From contig NOWV01000020.1 of the NCBI GenBank assembly GCA_003344405.1, positions 124,001 to 188,000 of the forward strand: DNA of 64,000 nucleotides, in the 5' to 3' direction. The notes under the pieces are model-generated. The model had not been told where the DNA came from. It saw only the letters and a program-made list of their open reading frames with translations, and made no database searches. A program made the translations under genes and the position numbers. Numbering within the stretch: the stretch's first letter is position 1; every line of letters begins with the position of its first letter. The stretch comes from Trichoplax sp. H2 (lineage: Eukaryota). Positions 14,779-28,424 of the stretch are shown in pieces.

Positions 14779-15841
14779 GCAGTCCATGGCCGCCATGGTA
14801 ATGTGCATTGGATTCGACAGAAAAGTGTGGGATAAATGATTTCAATTTGAAACCTGAAAAAAGTCTTGCATTTAATTAAGATATTAACTTAATCGAGGAT
14901 TTTTTTCTTACAACCCAAGTGGCTTGCAGTACAGTATCTTCGTGTACGTATGATGGACACTAAGCGTACTCTGTGTCAGTATTTGAAATGGAACTACTCT
15001 AGCCGCTCAGTATCATTTCAATTGATTGAGCAGGATTCAAGGAAAACTTCAAGAACTTATTTCACGTCCTTGATTGGTAATCAATTCACTAATATAACTA
15101 GTAAAGAGCACTTTTTCTTTTTAGTAATCGTTGGTCGATACGTCTAATATACTGTCCATGCTCCATATATACGTACTATTAAAATAATGTATCATCGTTT
15201 CAGCGATTTACGCTGAGTATTGGAGTTATCGGGTTATTATGAACGCGGCCATGACTGGACACAGTGTCCAGTTATAGCATGGAATATGATTTGATGATAA
15301 TAAAACGTTGATGTTGATATACAGTAAGCCTAACTGTGGATTTTCGTCCACAGCTTTTCTATTGTACAGTGGGGACTTTGATGCCGCAATATTGAATTTT
15401 GACCAGCATGCTGAAATTGAATAATTCCAGGTCGATTTGCAACCGATATGCTGACATCATTCGGATCATCAATTTGCTCAGAACAGGAGCCCTTTATTAT
15501 GGTTTTGAAGGTCTGTTACACTTTCTTGTCTATCGTAACAATAATTTAATAGTCCAGTACCGTGGTCAGCCATTAACTGCCTTTTAAATTAATTACCTAC
15601 CGTGGGCAGCCATGAACTGCCTTATAAATTAATTTGCAGTCTGGAGTCTTGTTCAATGTACAGTACTGTAGTGAACAGTAGAAACGCGTACAGTACTGAT
15701 CGTCTGATACCATAGTAGACATTGTAAAAGCGTAACAACAATAACAGCCGAGAAGATTGTTGACCATTCCAATCCATCTAATGGCCTCAAAGCAGTTCTA
15801 CTAGGCACATCCTACCGTTGAGACGGGAATGAAGTTGTAAA

Positions 15842-18800
15842 ATGGAGAATTTCATTTCCCCTCATGGGCGCAATCGTCCACAATTAAAAGAAGATAGAAA
15901 TGATTGCGATCCTAATCCAATATGGGCATTTTGCACACAGCTAAGCAGTGAAAGCGATCTTGAACCGCTAGATGAAGCATTATTAGATTACATCGAGAAC
16001 GCTTCTCCGATCGATTCCGATGAGATTGCCGTAGCTAAAAGCCTTGCTAACTTTCATATCAAGATGGGACAACAAAATTTAGTTTTTTTAGAATCGGATG
16101 AAGCTTTCACTGACTCAAATACTCCCAATTTACGTTACAATCCATCATTTAAGCGAAATTATTATCGTCGATCAAGTGCTGATTATAATGATACAGCCAA
16201 TAATCATGCTAATGGCAAGATAATCGCTCAATCGGATAAGAGAAGAAACAGTAAAAAAAAATGCCGTGGCCATCATGAACAAGCGACCGATCTTGTCCAA
16301 CAAAGTGTGAATAAAGATTTTATTGAAGATGGAGAATTAGCCGATGTTGAAGTAGGCACAATGTCCAAAGCCTTAGTCAATAAGAAAAGACGGAATGATA
16401 TTCAAGATTGTATGACGGATAGAAATCGTATCTCCAATAATAATAATCATACCATTAATAAAGCCATGAAATTAGAGGCGTGTAGTACCTTACATAGGAA
16501 AGCTATTCATAAACTTGGTCATCGTTGGGGTTATGACAGTAAGAGAGCTTTTTGTGAAGAAGATTCACAAATGAGTAGTAGCAATGATAGGCAACGAAAG
16601 ATGAAAATGATGCGCAAAACTTTCTCCAAGCAAAGTACCAACTCGGCATCCGAAATGGAAATCGATTATAATCATGACAATAATAGTAACATCAACAATT
16701 CCAGCGGGGAATGTTCATCAAATAAAGCTAGCTATGCAGTAGCCAACAGTAAGAACGCTTCCCGATCAGATAAGTTAATTGAACTGCAATTAGAAAACGC
16801 TGATTCCAAACACGATGCCTTAATATCGAGAACAAGCGATACGTACATGTCGTCCTCGAGTGATAGCGATATTATTACTTCGGATGGTGACATTAGTTAT
16901 TACGAGACTGGCGTAGAAGGTGATGATGAGCAAAGCTGTTGCGAGGCTGCCTTCGTTAAATGGTGGCAAGATGATCATGCCGATTTAAGAGATATGCGTC
17001 TTCTAGCAAATGGTAACAAATTTCGAGAAATGAAGCCAGGTACCAATTGTAGAAATATACCAAGACTATCACCAAAGATACTCTAGTACTACGATACGCC
17101 ATTGTACGCGTGGCGTATTGATGATTTGGAGAGGAGAAAATCTTGAAAGAATTATGTGTTGTTAAATACTATTGAAAAACACTATGCATGCATGATATAA
17201 ATATCCAATAAGAAGATAGATGCTTAAGCTATTGGGAATGTATTCCTTCATTGAACACCGAATTCTTTCTCTTCTATTATAGGAAGTTTCGCTGCCAGAT
17301 TATCGCTCAGTCGGCATTTGGTAAGAAAATAAGTTTACTAGGTTACACTGAAAATCTCTATACTTTTAATAATAAAAAAATTGATAAAAAAATATCTTCA
17401 TCCAACACTAAATACTCAAGCATTACCCATCAACTTCCGTTGACGTATGCGTAGCTGATGTACTACTGCCTGCTATTACTCATACTTTGTTTTTGTCACT
17501 TTCATAGTTACAGCAGTTTCTACGATATCATCAAAAGTAGATAGAAAATAGTTATTTGCTAAACTACAAAATGTTAATTCTAAAAATCATAGATCTGTCT
17601 AGACTACTGTAATTAAAATATATGATGAGATTTCTTGTTTAAATCTTTTTACGTAAATTGATAATAGATGAAGGTTAGAGGTAGCCATGGTGGCAAACGC
17701 CGTAAGAAATCATTTTCGAAACCCAGGAATAAAGTTAGAATCTAGATCAGCCTTAAAAATAATATTTTTGATAAATGAAAAATTTTTCTCTATTATAAGA
17801 GCGTTTCTTTAAAATTACATTAATTTTACTTAATCTTAATCTTCTTAATATCAATGATACATAGAACTGTGAATCCCTTTTAGAGTCAATTAATGAAAAA
17901 ATTAAACGATTTATTATCGATAATAGCTCGGAAAGGTACCTTCTATTTCAGCAGAACTTTCTTAACTTAACTATATCATTATTAATATTATCCAGTAGGT
18001 ACTTATATTGTTAAGATTCAGTCTATGGCAAACACCCGCATTATACTAAAATACAGCAACGATACAGTAGATCTAATTTATTATGTAGATTAATGGACAT
18101 ATTATTACATTAATTAACAGGTTATGGATAGAAAATTTGAAAAGAAAGGAGAGAAATTGGGTATATTATTGGATAGAATCGTATTGTAGAATACTTTTTT
18201 ATTTATTAATTAATTTCTATATAAGAAATAGAAAATGCCATTAAATACAAGTCTAAGCACTTTTTTATAATTTTTTATACCTTGAACAGATAAATCAGTT
18301 AGCCTCATTATACCATTTGGAATACTTCACTGTCAAAGATAGCAAAAAAAGCTGCTCGGTATTAAGTAAAACAAGGTAATTTATATTTCGTTATTTCTAT
18401 AGCATATCGTAATTTTTCAATTTCTAATGTTTCTTTTTATGATAAGTACAGTACTACTGATTTGCTTAATCGTTTACGTCTTTGTAAATAAATAATTCAG
18501 TAACGATGATCGTATTTTTCGCTCGTATTAGTCGTACCTGCCAACCAGAAAAAGTTGCCATTGACTCTGTTATATATCCATCCGTTTATAAAAGGTAAGC
18601 ATCTAAATCCCTTTCATTATGCAATTGTGCTTTATGGATAGTTCGATGTGCGCAGACGGTGACGTATTACTTTTAACCTGCCAACATGAACATTAAATTT
18701 TATTTCCTTTTGCAATGAATATACTCCTATAATAGATGTAAAGACAACGGTATACCCGACGGTAAAAGAATTGCAGGGCATTCATCAATTGCTGGAGCTT

Positions 18801-19112
18801 GTCGTAAGTTGACTTCTCAATAGATTCTCGAATAATTTTCGAGGAAGAAATTTTAATGACTTTTATAAAGTACCTATTTAATTTTCGATTAAAATCATAA
18901 ATGTTGGTAACATTTCTATTTTTTACTTAGTAGTCAACGTCGATGAAATTGCGCCTAGTCCAATATCGTCCACAAATGTCGGTAACAGAATGTTACGAGA
19001 AATGGGCTGGACACCAGGTACATGCTTAGGAACGAAAGACTCCGGGATTATAGAACCAATAAAAATTTCTGTTAAAAATGATAAAAAGGGTATTGGATTT
19101 ACTCGTACGTAA
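15842..19112 (+). CDS. GPATCH2: G-patch domain protein, GPATCH2/Sqs1(Pfa1)-like, with R3H-like domain
   Basis: Large first exon (track ORF 15842-17086, donor near 17012) followed by in-phase small exons. The last exon encodes a G-patch: STNVGNRMLREMGWTPGTCLGTKDSGIIEPIKISVKNDKKGIGF. Orthology to GPATCH2 is inferred from the domain layout. Confidence 0.78.
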
Positions 19113-22100
19113 TAATGGAAATTAAGATATGGTTAATGGCTATCAGTTAGCATTTTCGCTGATATAATATAACGCAAATTTTATCTACTTTTGTATCATA
19201 CTTATGCTGTTGTAAAGTTGAAAACATGCTTAATAATTGAAGTAATTTTCAGGCGTTATTATTTCTATAACCAGACAAAGCGTATCGTGCACTGTTTACG
19301 AATACAGTATTTTATAACGATGATTTCTGTTGCTATAAAGGATACATAATTATTATTAACATTCGATATTTAATTACTCTTGAATTTGCCTAAAATAATA
19401 TAATATTTCACGCTTTTAGATGAGAAACCAGCCTATATTATCTGCTATGTAAACATATTACTCTGCTAGGTTTTCTCGTAATTTGTTAAATACTTTTGTA
19501 TTTTAGAACCATATTTTCAACAGTCGGTATCAAATATACGTTATATCGAACTGAATCGGAATATAAAATAAAAACTAGTAATTGAGAGAGCTTACTATGG
19601 ATAAATCTAACTTAGTAGACTGCAGTAGTAAAGTGTACTCAACTTGTGACTTCATAAGCTTATACCTGTAGATTTATCGTTATATCGATAGGTCAAGTAA
19701 AATGGGCAGACGATAATTTATTAAAATGCGTACTAACAAGGTAGAGTGCATTTCTAGACAGCGTGATAAATATATGATAAAATTGCTGTCTGTATAGTGG
19801 CAAACTGTCAGTTGTATAGTTTGTACGGACACAATTACGCAAAAAAGTTAACCTCTGGGCGTTTTATGGAGGCCTAAGTATTAGCTTACTTCCTAATTCT
19901 TGATAAAGTAACGCGCATGAAAACGTAAATTAAAAAATTATGATCTTTTCTTATATGAATAGTGCTCCGGAAATGAGTTTCTAATTAATTGCAACAAACG
20001 TAGAAGTTCTGTACGTGGAACCGCAAGCAATTAATTATATTGTATATCGAAGCTTAAGATACAATGCATTGTTCATAATGGAGAATTTTGACTAGCTGAC
20101 GAATAGATATATGAAGATCGAATTTTTCGAGTGTACAATAATACACAACGGTCCATTGGTTGAATTACGAATTTATGATTCGGTAGCTTTAGTATATAGT
20201 AAAGCATTCTTTCTAATGAAATTACAGTAAATTGAAACGCTAATATTTTTATATTTTGGCAATTTGTTTTGAATGCAGGATATGCTATCAATCACCCCAT
20301 TACTTTCACTCTTACTATTCATAAAGATGTCTTTTGTATATATTCATTCAGGCTATAGTGGGATACTTTAGCTATGCGTATGTGCTTTAAATTTACACGC
20401 CCAAATGCAAACAACTTCGAGACATCTTATACATTAATCCGATTATTAAACCAGTAATCACGATATATCATAAATTACTGCGTTATAAGGCAAAGTACTT
20501 GAGAATCAATAACGATAAATTTTGCTTTATATCCTGAAGCTATTCATTAAGTAATTATATGAGAGTATTCCGGTAAATCGAATGTCGGTAATAATTATAT
20601 AATTGATCAGTTAACAACATTCAATGATAATTAGAGTATGAAAAGTAAAAATTAATCTTTCAGTAATAGATTATCCATCCTACCAGTTTCTTCGAAAAAA
20701 ATATTAATTAATAAATTTGATTCATGGAATGATTAAATGAATTTCGCTTAAAAATATAATGTAGTCGTATTAGTTTTATAGTATATTTCAATAACGTCCA
20801 GCAAATGTACTGGGTAAGTTTTTACTAATTCCCTTGGCCAATCGGTTCTTATGAAACCGTGGGTGATTTAAACTGCTTAGTAAAGTCACTATTTAACTAT
20901 TTTTTAATTAGTTAGTGAGAAACTGATACAAAATTTCAATGGACGCTATAATTTCGGATATCCGCTTTCCCGCGATACCTCACTTCGATCCGGTAAATAA
21001 TAAGTACTTGTTACTGTACGCCATACGAAAATCCGTGGGTTCGCAAACTATGTGAAATGTCATGACTGCAAAATTTAGGGATCGTTAAAAACTGAAGTTT
21101 TACTTACTTATTAATACTCTTAATAAAACAGCTTAACTTTTTGTGTTTAAATAATAGATCGATATACTGGACAGTAAACAACAAATACATGATAGTATAC
21201 TAGGGACATAAGGACCATCTGTAACTTATTGCAGAAATTGTAAGCGATAAGGATTATGCGAATTTAATAACATTCATTATTGTTATTATAATACGAGTGA
21301 AAGAATAATGAAAATTTTCAATGTTTATTTCTTAAAACAACACGTGTGATCTTACGCTTTACGCAGATGTCAAGTCTACAGAATTAAGTATATCAAATCT
21401 TTTTAAAGAGGTCTATGTTTTGTTATAACAATATCGTCCATAGAGACAAATTATTTTCTTACTATTCCAGTGCAGTGTTAGATTGTAAATAATTGTATAT
21501 TTATGTACCCTAGCGTTACGTAAGGATTTAAAAGCCATCTCTTATGTTGCTCTGAATATTAAAGATGGCTAAGCTACCCTTAGAATGTATTCATCCTTAC
21601 AACTACTGTAGCATAGAATCAATAATAGATATCTACTGAACATATACTATGTACGCGTATATTGGGATGAATCCAAGGGAAAAGATCACTTTGTTCTTCA
21701 ATTTGACAACCGCAATAACAAAGTCTGAGAACTTGAATTCGTTCATTGTACAGTTAGTATATTGTTTGTTCACTTATAATACTACATAGGAATACTTGTG
21801 AGTCAAAATTGCCCAAATATAAATTCATAAACAGCATAGGCTGTTGAAAGATCCTTTCAAAGATATAGCTACTAATATAACAAATAATGGTTAAATCAAA
21901 AGTAAGAATTTAAGATTATTAAGTCTATAGTGTACAGATAATAAACTTGACTTATACAGTTCTAACGACAATATCATTGCATTATCTATGTTACTTGGTG
22001 TAAATACTACTTATGCTACTAAAGAATTTGAAGTACAGTCACTGCAGACAAGTAAATCACGATGATTCGATACGATTAAGATACAGCTTGTTATAGCAAC

Positions 22101-22292
22101 AAATAAATGACTAACTTGTACGTGATTACAAATCGCAAAAAGTAGTTCGTACATATTCATTTCATTATGTTCACAAATGTGTTGTTCGCAGCAATAACCA
22201 TTTGAATATTACAGCAAGACGTAAAAGTGAACAAAATAATAAGTAACGCTTTTCCTACAAATAAAATGGATTCCTTTGACTGGGTAAACAAT

Positions 22293-25200
22293 TTACACAG
22301 ACTCGTAACCAGCCCTAGCATTTCGGCGTCCAATAAAGTAAGCAACTATAACGATCAGTAGTAATCCAGCCAAAGCGGCACCGACAGCAATAGGGACAAC
22401 ATTATTCTTGGCTAAGTCGCTAGCACAAGTAAATTCTACGAGTGTATGAATATAAACGAAACACGGACTATCAGTACATATACACGCACGTAATTTACAT
22501 ACAGTCAGACTAAATTTGACGTTATGGCTAATTTAATTTATAACAAACCTGCTCCATACTTTTGGGCAAATGGCTGAATCTTGGCTTTCGAAATTGTAAC
22601 ATTAGCCATCACTTTCATACCACCCATGTCGTACATTGGTATAACTGATTTGGATACACATGTGTAGGATTCGTTTACTGGTGTACGGAAGAATACGGCA
22701 GTAGCATTGGAGTAGACAATGCTCTTAGCGGCTATTTAAAAAATTTCAACATCATATATTAGGTCATTCCTAAACAGTCAATAAAAGCAACTCGTAAAAA
22801 AAATAAGCAAAGCAGCGTACGTTTCATTGCATTGGGGAAATTCTTGTTATCATGAGTATCATAAGTGAATTTGATATTTTCTAACTCCCAAGCTTGGTTC
22901 TCCTTCATTTCATCTATTTCGCTATTTGGTTGAATAGTGCCATTAACAGCTTTCTGTAAATATTTAATCAAGTAGGTTACTTTAGTGATGTCGACAGAAG
23001 CGGGTGATGTAACCACGGAAAGCGATACTTACTTCGATAAAAGTCATATTGAGAACATAGGCAGGTTTCCAAGTGATCCAGAAATGAATCATTTTGCTAG
23101 AACAGACACCACGGTAAGCATGGTTTGGCGGTAAATCAAAGGACGCAATTTTCTATAAGTAAGTTGAATATAAAAGTCATTTACAGATAGAGCGTCTTAT
23201 AAACACACAATGGCGAAGATAATTATATTGACCTTGCTAGACCCTTTAGCGTGGTACATGACTTTAAAGGTTGTCTCAAAGATGGCCCTAAAGCAAATTT
23301 TACCGTCACGGTCTTTCAAGGTATAATTTCCTTTCGACAATGTAGGGGTAGGTGTTGGATGTTTAGGGGCTGTTGTCGGGTGACTATGCGTAGCAGATGA
23401 CATTGGCGGTTCCATAGTTCCCGTGGCCATGACTTCGTCCATATTGTTTTCATTTAATGCTATATCTTGGCCGTACAATACGGGAATAACGGCTAAGACA
23501 ACTGTAAAGCAAGAGTATAATTATGAGATTTGAAATCCATTATTATCTTAGCGTCATGGAAGCATAGTACTTAAAAAGTCTTCAACTAAATCAACAGGGA
23601 CATAAAATGATACGCATAGTATAAATGATTAAGACTAAGTCAATGTTCTCTATAGCAATGTAATATTATCCAATTTTTAGCGTAAAAATGTGACCATATT
23701 TTCTACTAAACCTACTACTGTATACCCAGTTAATACGGTATATTAAATACAATGGTATCGCATTAAAATAACTCAATGAAAAGATATACGAAACATATTT
23801 ACTTAGATAAAGACAAAGAAATAATTCTGTGAGTCTAAATAATTATCTGCAACATTCATCAATTCATAATTGTAGAATTCTAACGTAGCAACAATTCGAA
23901 TGTGCCGCATGTGCTAAATTGCCAACACAAGTTACAATTAATTATTATATAACGAGTATCTTTCAAGATTTCTAGTAAAGTACACTTTTTAACCCAATCA
24001 TAAATGAACCAATCAATGCAGGTCTTTTTTAAATAACCATTGCCTAGTTCATTGCGTGATTTCGTTGTATCGACGCCTAACTGACTCAATAAAAAATATA
24101 CTTGAAGGGATTTTCATTACGGATCATTCGATGAATGCTGTTACAGTTCTTTAAATGATAGTCACAGGACTGTATATCAATGATCATGGCTACTTTTAAA
24201 CACTTTCTGTAATGAATGACTTGGACAAGAGATCGAAATGAGAAATCGACTGTCCATAGCTTGTTACTCTTGCTAGTACTTGCTAGTAACAGTGATTTAT
24301 TGACGACCAATCAAGTATTCCAATTTTTAAAATTCAAAAACTAGTCAACCTCAACATTTTCGAAATCTTAATTTAGATCAAGTCTAATATGTTATACTTT
24401 TATTTAGAGGTACTTTTTAAAGCAAAACTAGTAAGCCAGGTGCTATTCCCATTACCTAATGTAAATCACAAATAGTAGTCGTTTTCTTGCTGAAACAGTA
24501 TTATGAAATTGGCATCATGGTATTAGTACAAGCATTCTCCAATCGATCGTGAAATCTGAAGTATCGGTAAGAAAAACTAGCTTGTGCTGATATGAACGAC
24601 ACTATTTATATTATAGCATCTCTTTTATGCGATGGAAAAATGGAATCGAATTCGGGTTCAATACAGAAACTGGATTACTTAATCTTTCATGAATAAATCA
24701 ATGTAGTATATATATAATCCATGGCTTTAGCGATGATCGCGAGTCCAGCCAGACACTGTTCTTGGACATGACACGTGAAAGGCGAAGTACTGTAGTATGG
24801 CCCGACACGCTGAGTACTGTAGTATATGGTACAGTGAGCACTAGAAGGCATCGGTCCAGTTTGCGTAACGGCGGGTCAACGAAATCACAACCAACAGCAG
24901 GGAGGGCTCTACTGTACTGTACAGTACTATAAGTTGTGCTAACAGACTACAGTACTACGCACTGTAATCTGTACAGTACACAGTGCAATGTTGTCAAGTT
25001 CCAGATTTACGGCAATGAGAGTTGGTGTCTTTTTTTCACTGACCCATTTCATTGAAGTGGAATAAAATTGAGATCAATTTGTGCAGTCTATTGCCATCTA
25101 TTTCTATGATTTAGAGCTAACAACTATAGCTTTCCACGATTTAATTAGGTTCAAAAGTATTCAAAATCAAACTGAAGCAGGGCTTTCTTTCACAGATTAT

Positions 25201-25697
25201 TTTCAACATGGACACTGCATATTCTTAGTTGCTGTTAACAAACGATATTTTGCAGTACAATAGTATCCGTGTATGTAAAAGTTACTACGTCATGATCTGA
25301 TCACACTACATATCACTTTGCATGGAGCGCAGTCTATGGCAAAGACATTCTACGAATCGGGGCTCTGCTTCCTAACGACTAATTTACCACACACAAAATT
25401 GCCCAATTTCAAATATACTCGCAACTAGCAATATCTACTACTGATAATCAGGAAGAAACCGTCACGGTTAACAGCATGTCTACTTCGTACAGTTGCATTT
25501 ATGTACGAGCGTATCTTGAAAAAGCGTAATGGAAAAGGAAGGACTGCTTAATAGGTTCAAAAATGATCAAGCCATTTTGAATACAGCTTCTGTTGTATTC
25601 AAAATTAACCTGTCATCTATATACTGACTTTATTTGAATAGTAGCAGCGATTATTGAACTTACCAATAAGAAAAGTAGAAATTTTGAAGGAAGACAT
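22293..25697 (-). CDS. Lysosome-associated membrane glycoprotein (single LAMP domain)
   Basis: Exon 1 at 25697-25664 spliced to the acceptor at 23501 gives the signal peptide MSSFKISTFLIVVLAVIPVLYG. Then a Pro/Thr hinge, a LAMP domain (GNYTLKD..ICF, FRTPVNESYTC, KIQPFAQ..GAEFTC), TM segment VVPIAVGAALAGLLLIVIVAYFIG and tail RRNARAGYESV* (GYxxPhi sorting signal). Confidence 0.9.
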
Positions 25698-28424
25698 TTT
25701 GAGCAACTTCGGGATCTGGATGGATTAATACGTAATGCGGTATGAGCAGAAGATGATCGAAAAGACGGCTACGTCCCCGGGAGAAAACGGACAATGTAGC
25801 ACAGTAACAATCGATACCGTAATGGGCTGTATTTACAGTACTTTGCAGTGTACTATACAGTACAATACGCTTCGTGTTTCTCAAGTAAAAGTGTGATGAA
25901 AAATAGCAAAGATTTTATTGGCTGAGCGGAATAAGGAAACAACGAGAATAATGACGCTACCAATCTCTCTATTGGCTACTGCTGCGATAGTAGTGACGTT
26001 ATCTCGTTATTATTAGAAGCCCGGTTATCACACTGTGAATGTACAGTGTACAGTACTGCACTGTACACTGTACAGTACAGTACAGTACCAAGACTTGGGG
26101 CAATTTTGTTCAGTACTGTACAGTACAGTACAATGTACAGTACACAGTACAGTACGATGAAATTATGTGGTAGCGGTACCGGGATGGACCGGAATACTTC
26201 GTACTGTATCGTAACAAAAGTGTCACATGATTAACATGAGAAGTTGTTGAGGTTGAACATCACTTTATTTCTGGGTCCATCATAATTATTAAATTAACCA
26301 CATCCAAAAGTATTGCTATTTCGATGGGTTGATGGTTTCATTGGGCAAAGGAGGTCTGAAGTCTGATTAGTACTCGTTTTCCTAGATGATCCGATATCTG
26401 ATCAATTCATTGGGGGTAAAATGATTTCAATTATTGAGAGAATAATTAGTAGAATCCCCTCTGTTACCCAAGGGATCTCGAAACTGAATGATATTCTAAG
26501 TTCGAAACATACAGTACTGTAATACAGTATGAAATAATCCAATCGCCCAACGAATCGCGCGAATCGTACAGTATCAGTGCAGTTTAGATTTTACGCTGTT
26601 CATGGATTTGGCAATGAACAGTACTTACTCTGTTTCATTCATGGATTCTAGCTAGGCTCTTGACGCAACATAATGTACACTGTGTACAGTAGTGTGTTGC
26701 AAAGATTTAATTTGATTACCTGCTAATTTGCAACGAGTAAAGTGCAGTGATGTACTTGGATCGACACTGCTAGTTACTGCGACAATGTAGATCCTATCTC
26801 TTTTACAGCTTATTAAACGGATTTAGCTAATGTTAATATACGAATATTCGTTGAAAATTAAAAATAAGAAATTATTATGATGTCATCGAAAAAATTGACG
26901 TTAGTTTTGTTACTCATTTTGTACTGTATACTGATATCGATACAACGTCGTAACAACATGCATACGTACTAGAGCGCGGTAAAAGCATAAACGTACGTAC
27001 ATTAGTAAAATGATAATCATGGCGAATGGAAGGATGATTGACTTACGCAGCATGGAGGTTGTACGTATTGTGGGAGCAGCAGATACAAATAACAAAACAT
27101 TCCATAGAACGGTACTCGAGTATACTGACTTTGTAGCTCTTAATTTGACATCAGATTAGACGAGTAGATTCGTCAGTGTTTATTTACTCAGATGTTTTAC
27201 AATATACGTAATTGCTTATTATTTGAGGTTATATGCACGTAGCTTATTACGATGTTTGTGAAAATATTATTAAGAGTTTATAACAAGAGCGTGAGCTATT
27301 TTCATATTTACCACGTTATTCATGATGCATGATTCATCAATCATCGTACTGCATCTTAACGGTGTATCGCTATCGATGCTGATTCAAATGCATATCAATT
27401 TTAGCACTGGTCAATGACAAAATTAGACTTTAGAGCTGGATATCAGCTGCAACATAAGACCTCAATATTAAGATTTAAGATTTTGTAATAGTCGAGATGA
27501 GTTAAACAGTACTGATTTCCATGTACTGTACTGTACACTTACCCAGTACTCGTATATAAATTTTAGCATTACTGCATGGCGAATCTGGAGTTAGATCACC
27601 GTCTAGGCCAGCATCTATAAACGTGGTACAGTATCATAAAGATTACTGAGCTTAAGATTAACTTGACGTCGACATTAACCTGTCCTTGTTTACATAAAGT
27701 ATCGCGAGCCAGATTCTGCTATTATGTTACCGGTTAACTTGACATTAACGTGTAGCCCATTTACGTAAAGTATCACAAGCGGGATTCGGCTATTATGATA
27801 GCAGGTAATGTATATCAAGTCTTGACGGGGTAGTAGGTTGCAATCGATATTGATTGCAACTTGCAGTGGCATCTTTTATTTGCAATCTGTACAAGACATA
27901 ACCACTCATCAAGCTTACGCTTCCACCAGTCTTGTACAGTACGTTAATTGAAATAGAGATACTGTACGATACAGAGCGTTATAAAGCCCTTGTAACATGC
28001 ATATTGTAAATAAATTAAATTTTGCGAGGTAAGATAATTTCAAACTTGAAAGGATTGGTTAGGCTTTGCCCTCGACTAAAATTTGTCTTAAATAGTTAAT
28101 TAATTAATTAATTATTAACACTGTACTGTACTTCTCTCTACCATAGTCCTTCTGTCCTTCCACTCCTTCGCCGCTGAGCAAGTTTTAGTTTTGAGTAATC
28201 CCCGCCTTGGCATTCGTTAGTTAAACGTTGCCTACGGATACAGACGACTGACCGTTACAGTGCAGTCCATGATACAGTAGTAACGGTACTATAGAAAATC
28301 CATTAGTTTGTTCATCATAGCCGTAGCCAGGGGTTACTAAAATGACCAGGACTCTCAGAAATCTATAGTAGTTGTGTACTGTACTGATCAGTTTCATAAT
28401 AACGCATGCGTGTCACCAAGCAAG

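Noticed and set aside
14516..14839. Tyr/Ser/Thr/Val/Cys-rich ORFs (also 26046-26234 and 40126-40425)
   Set aside because: Translations of the TACAG/TACTG pentamer clusters; no protein-like features.
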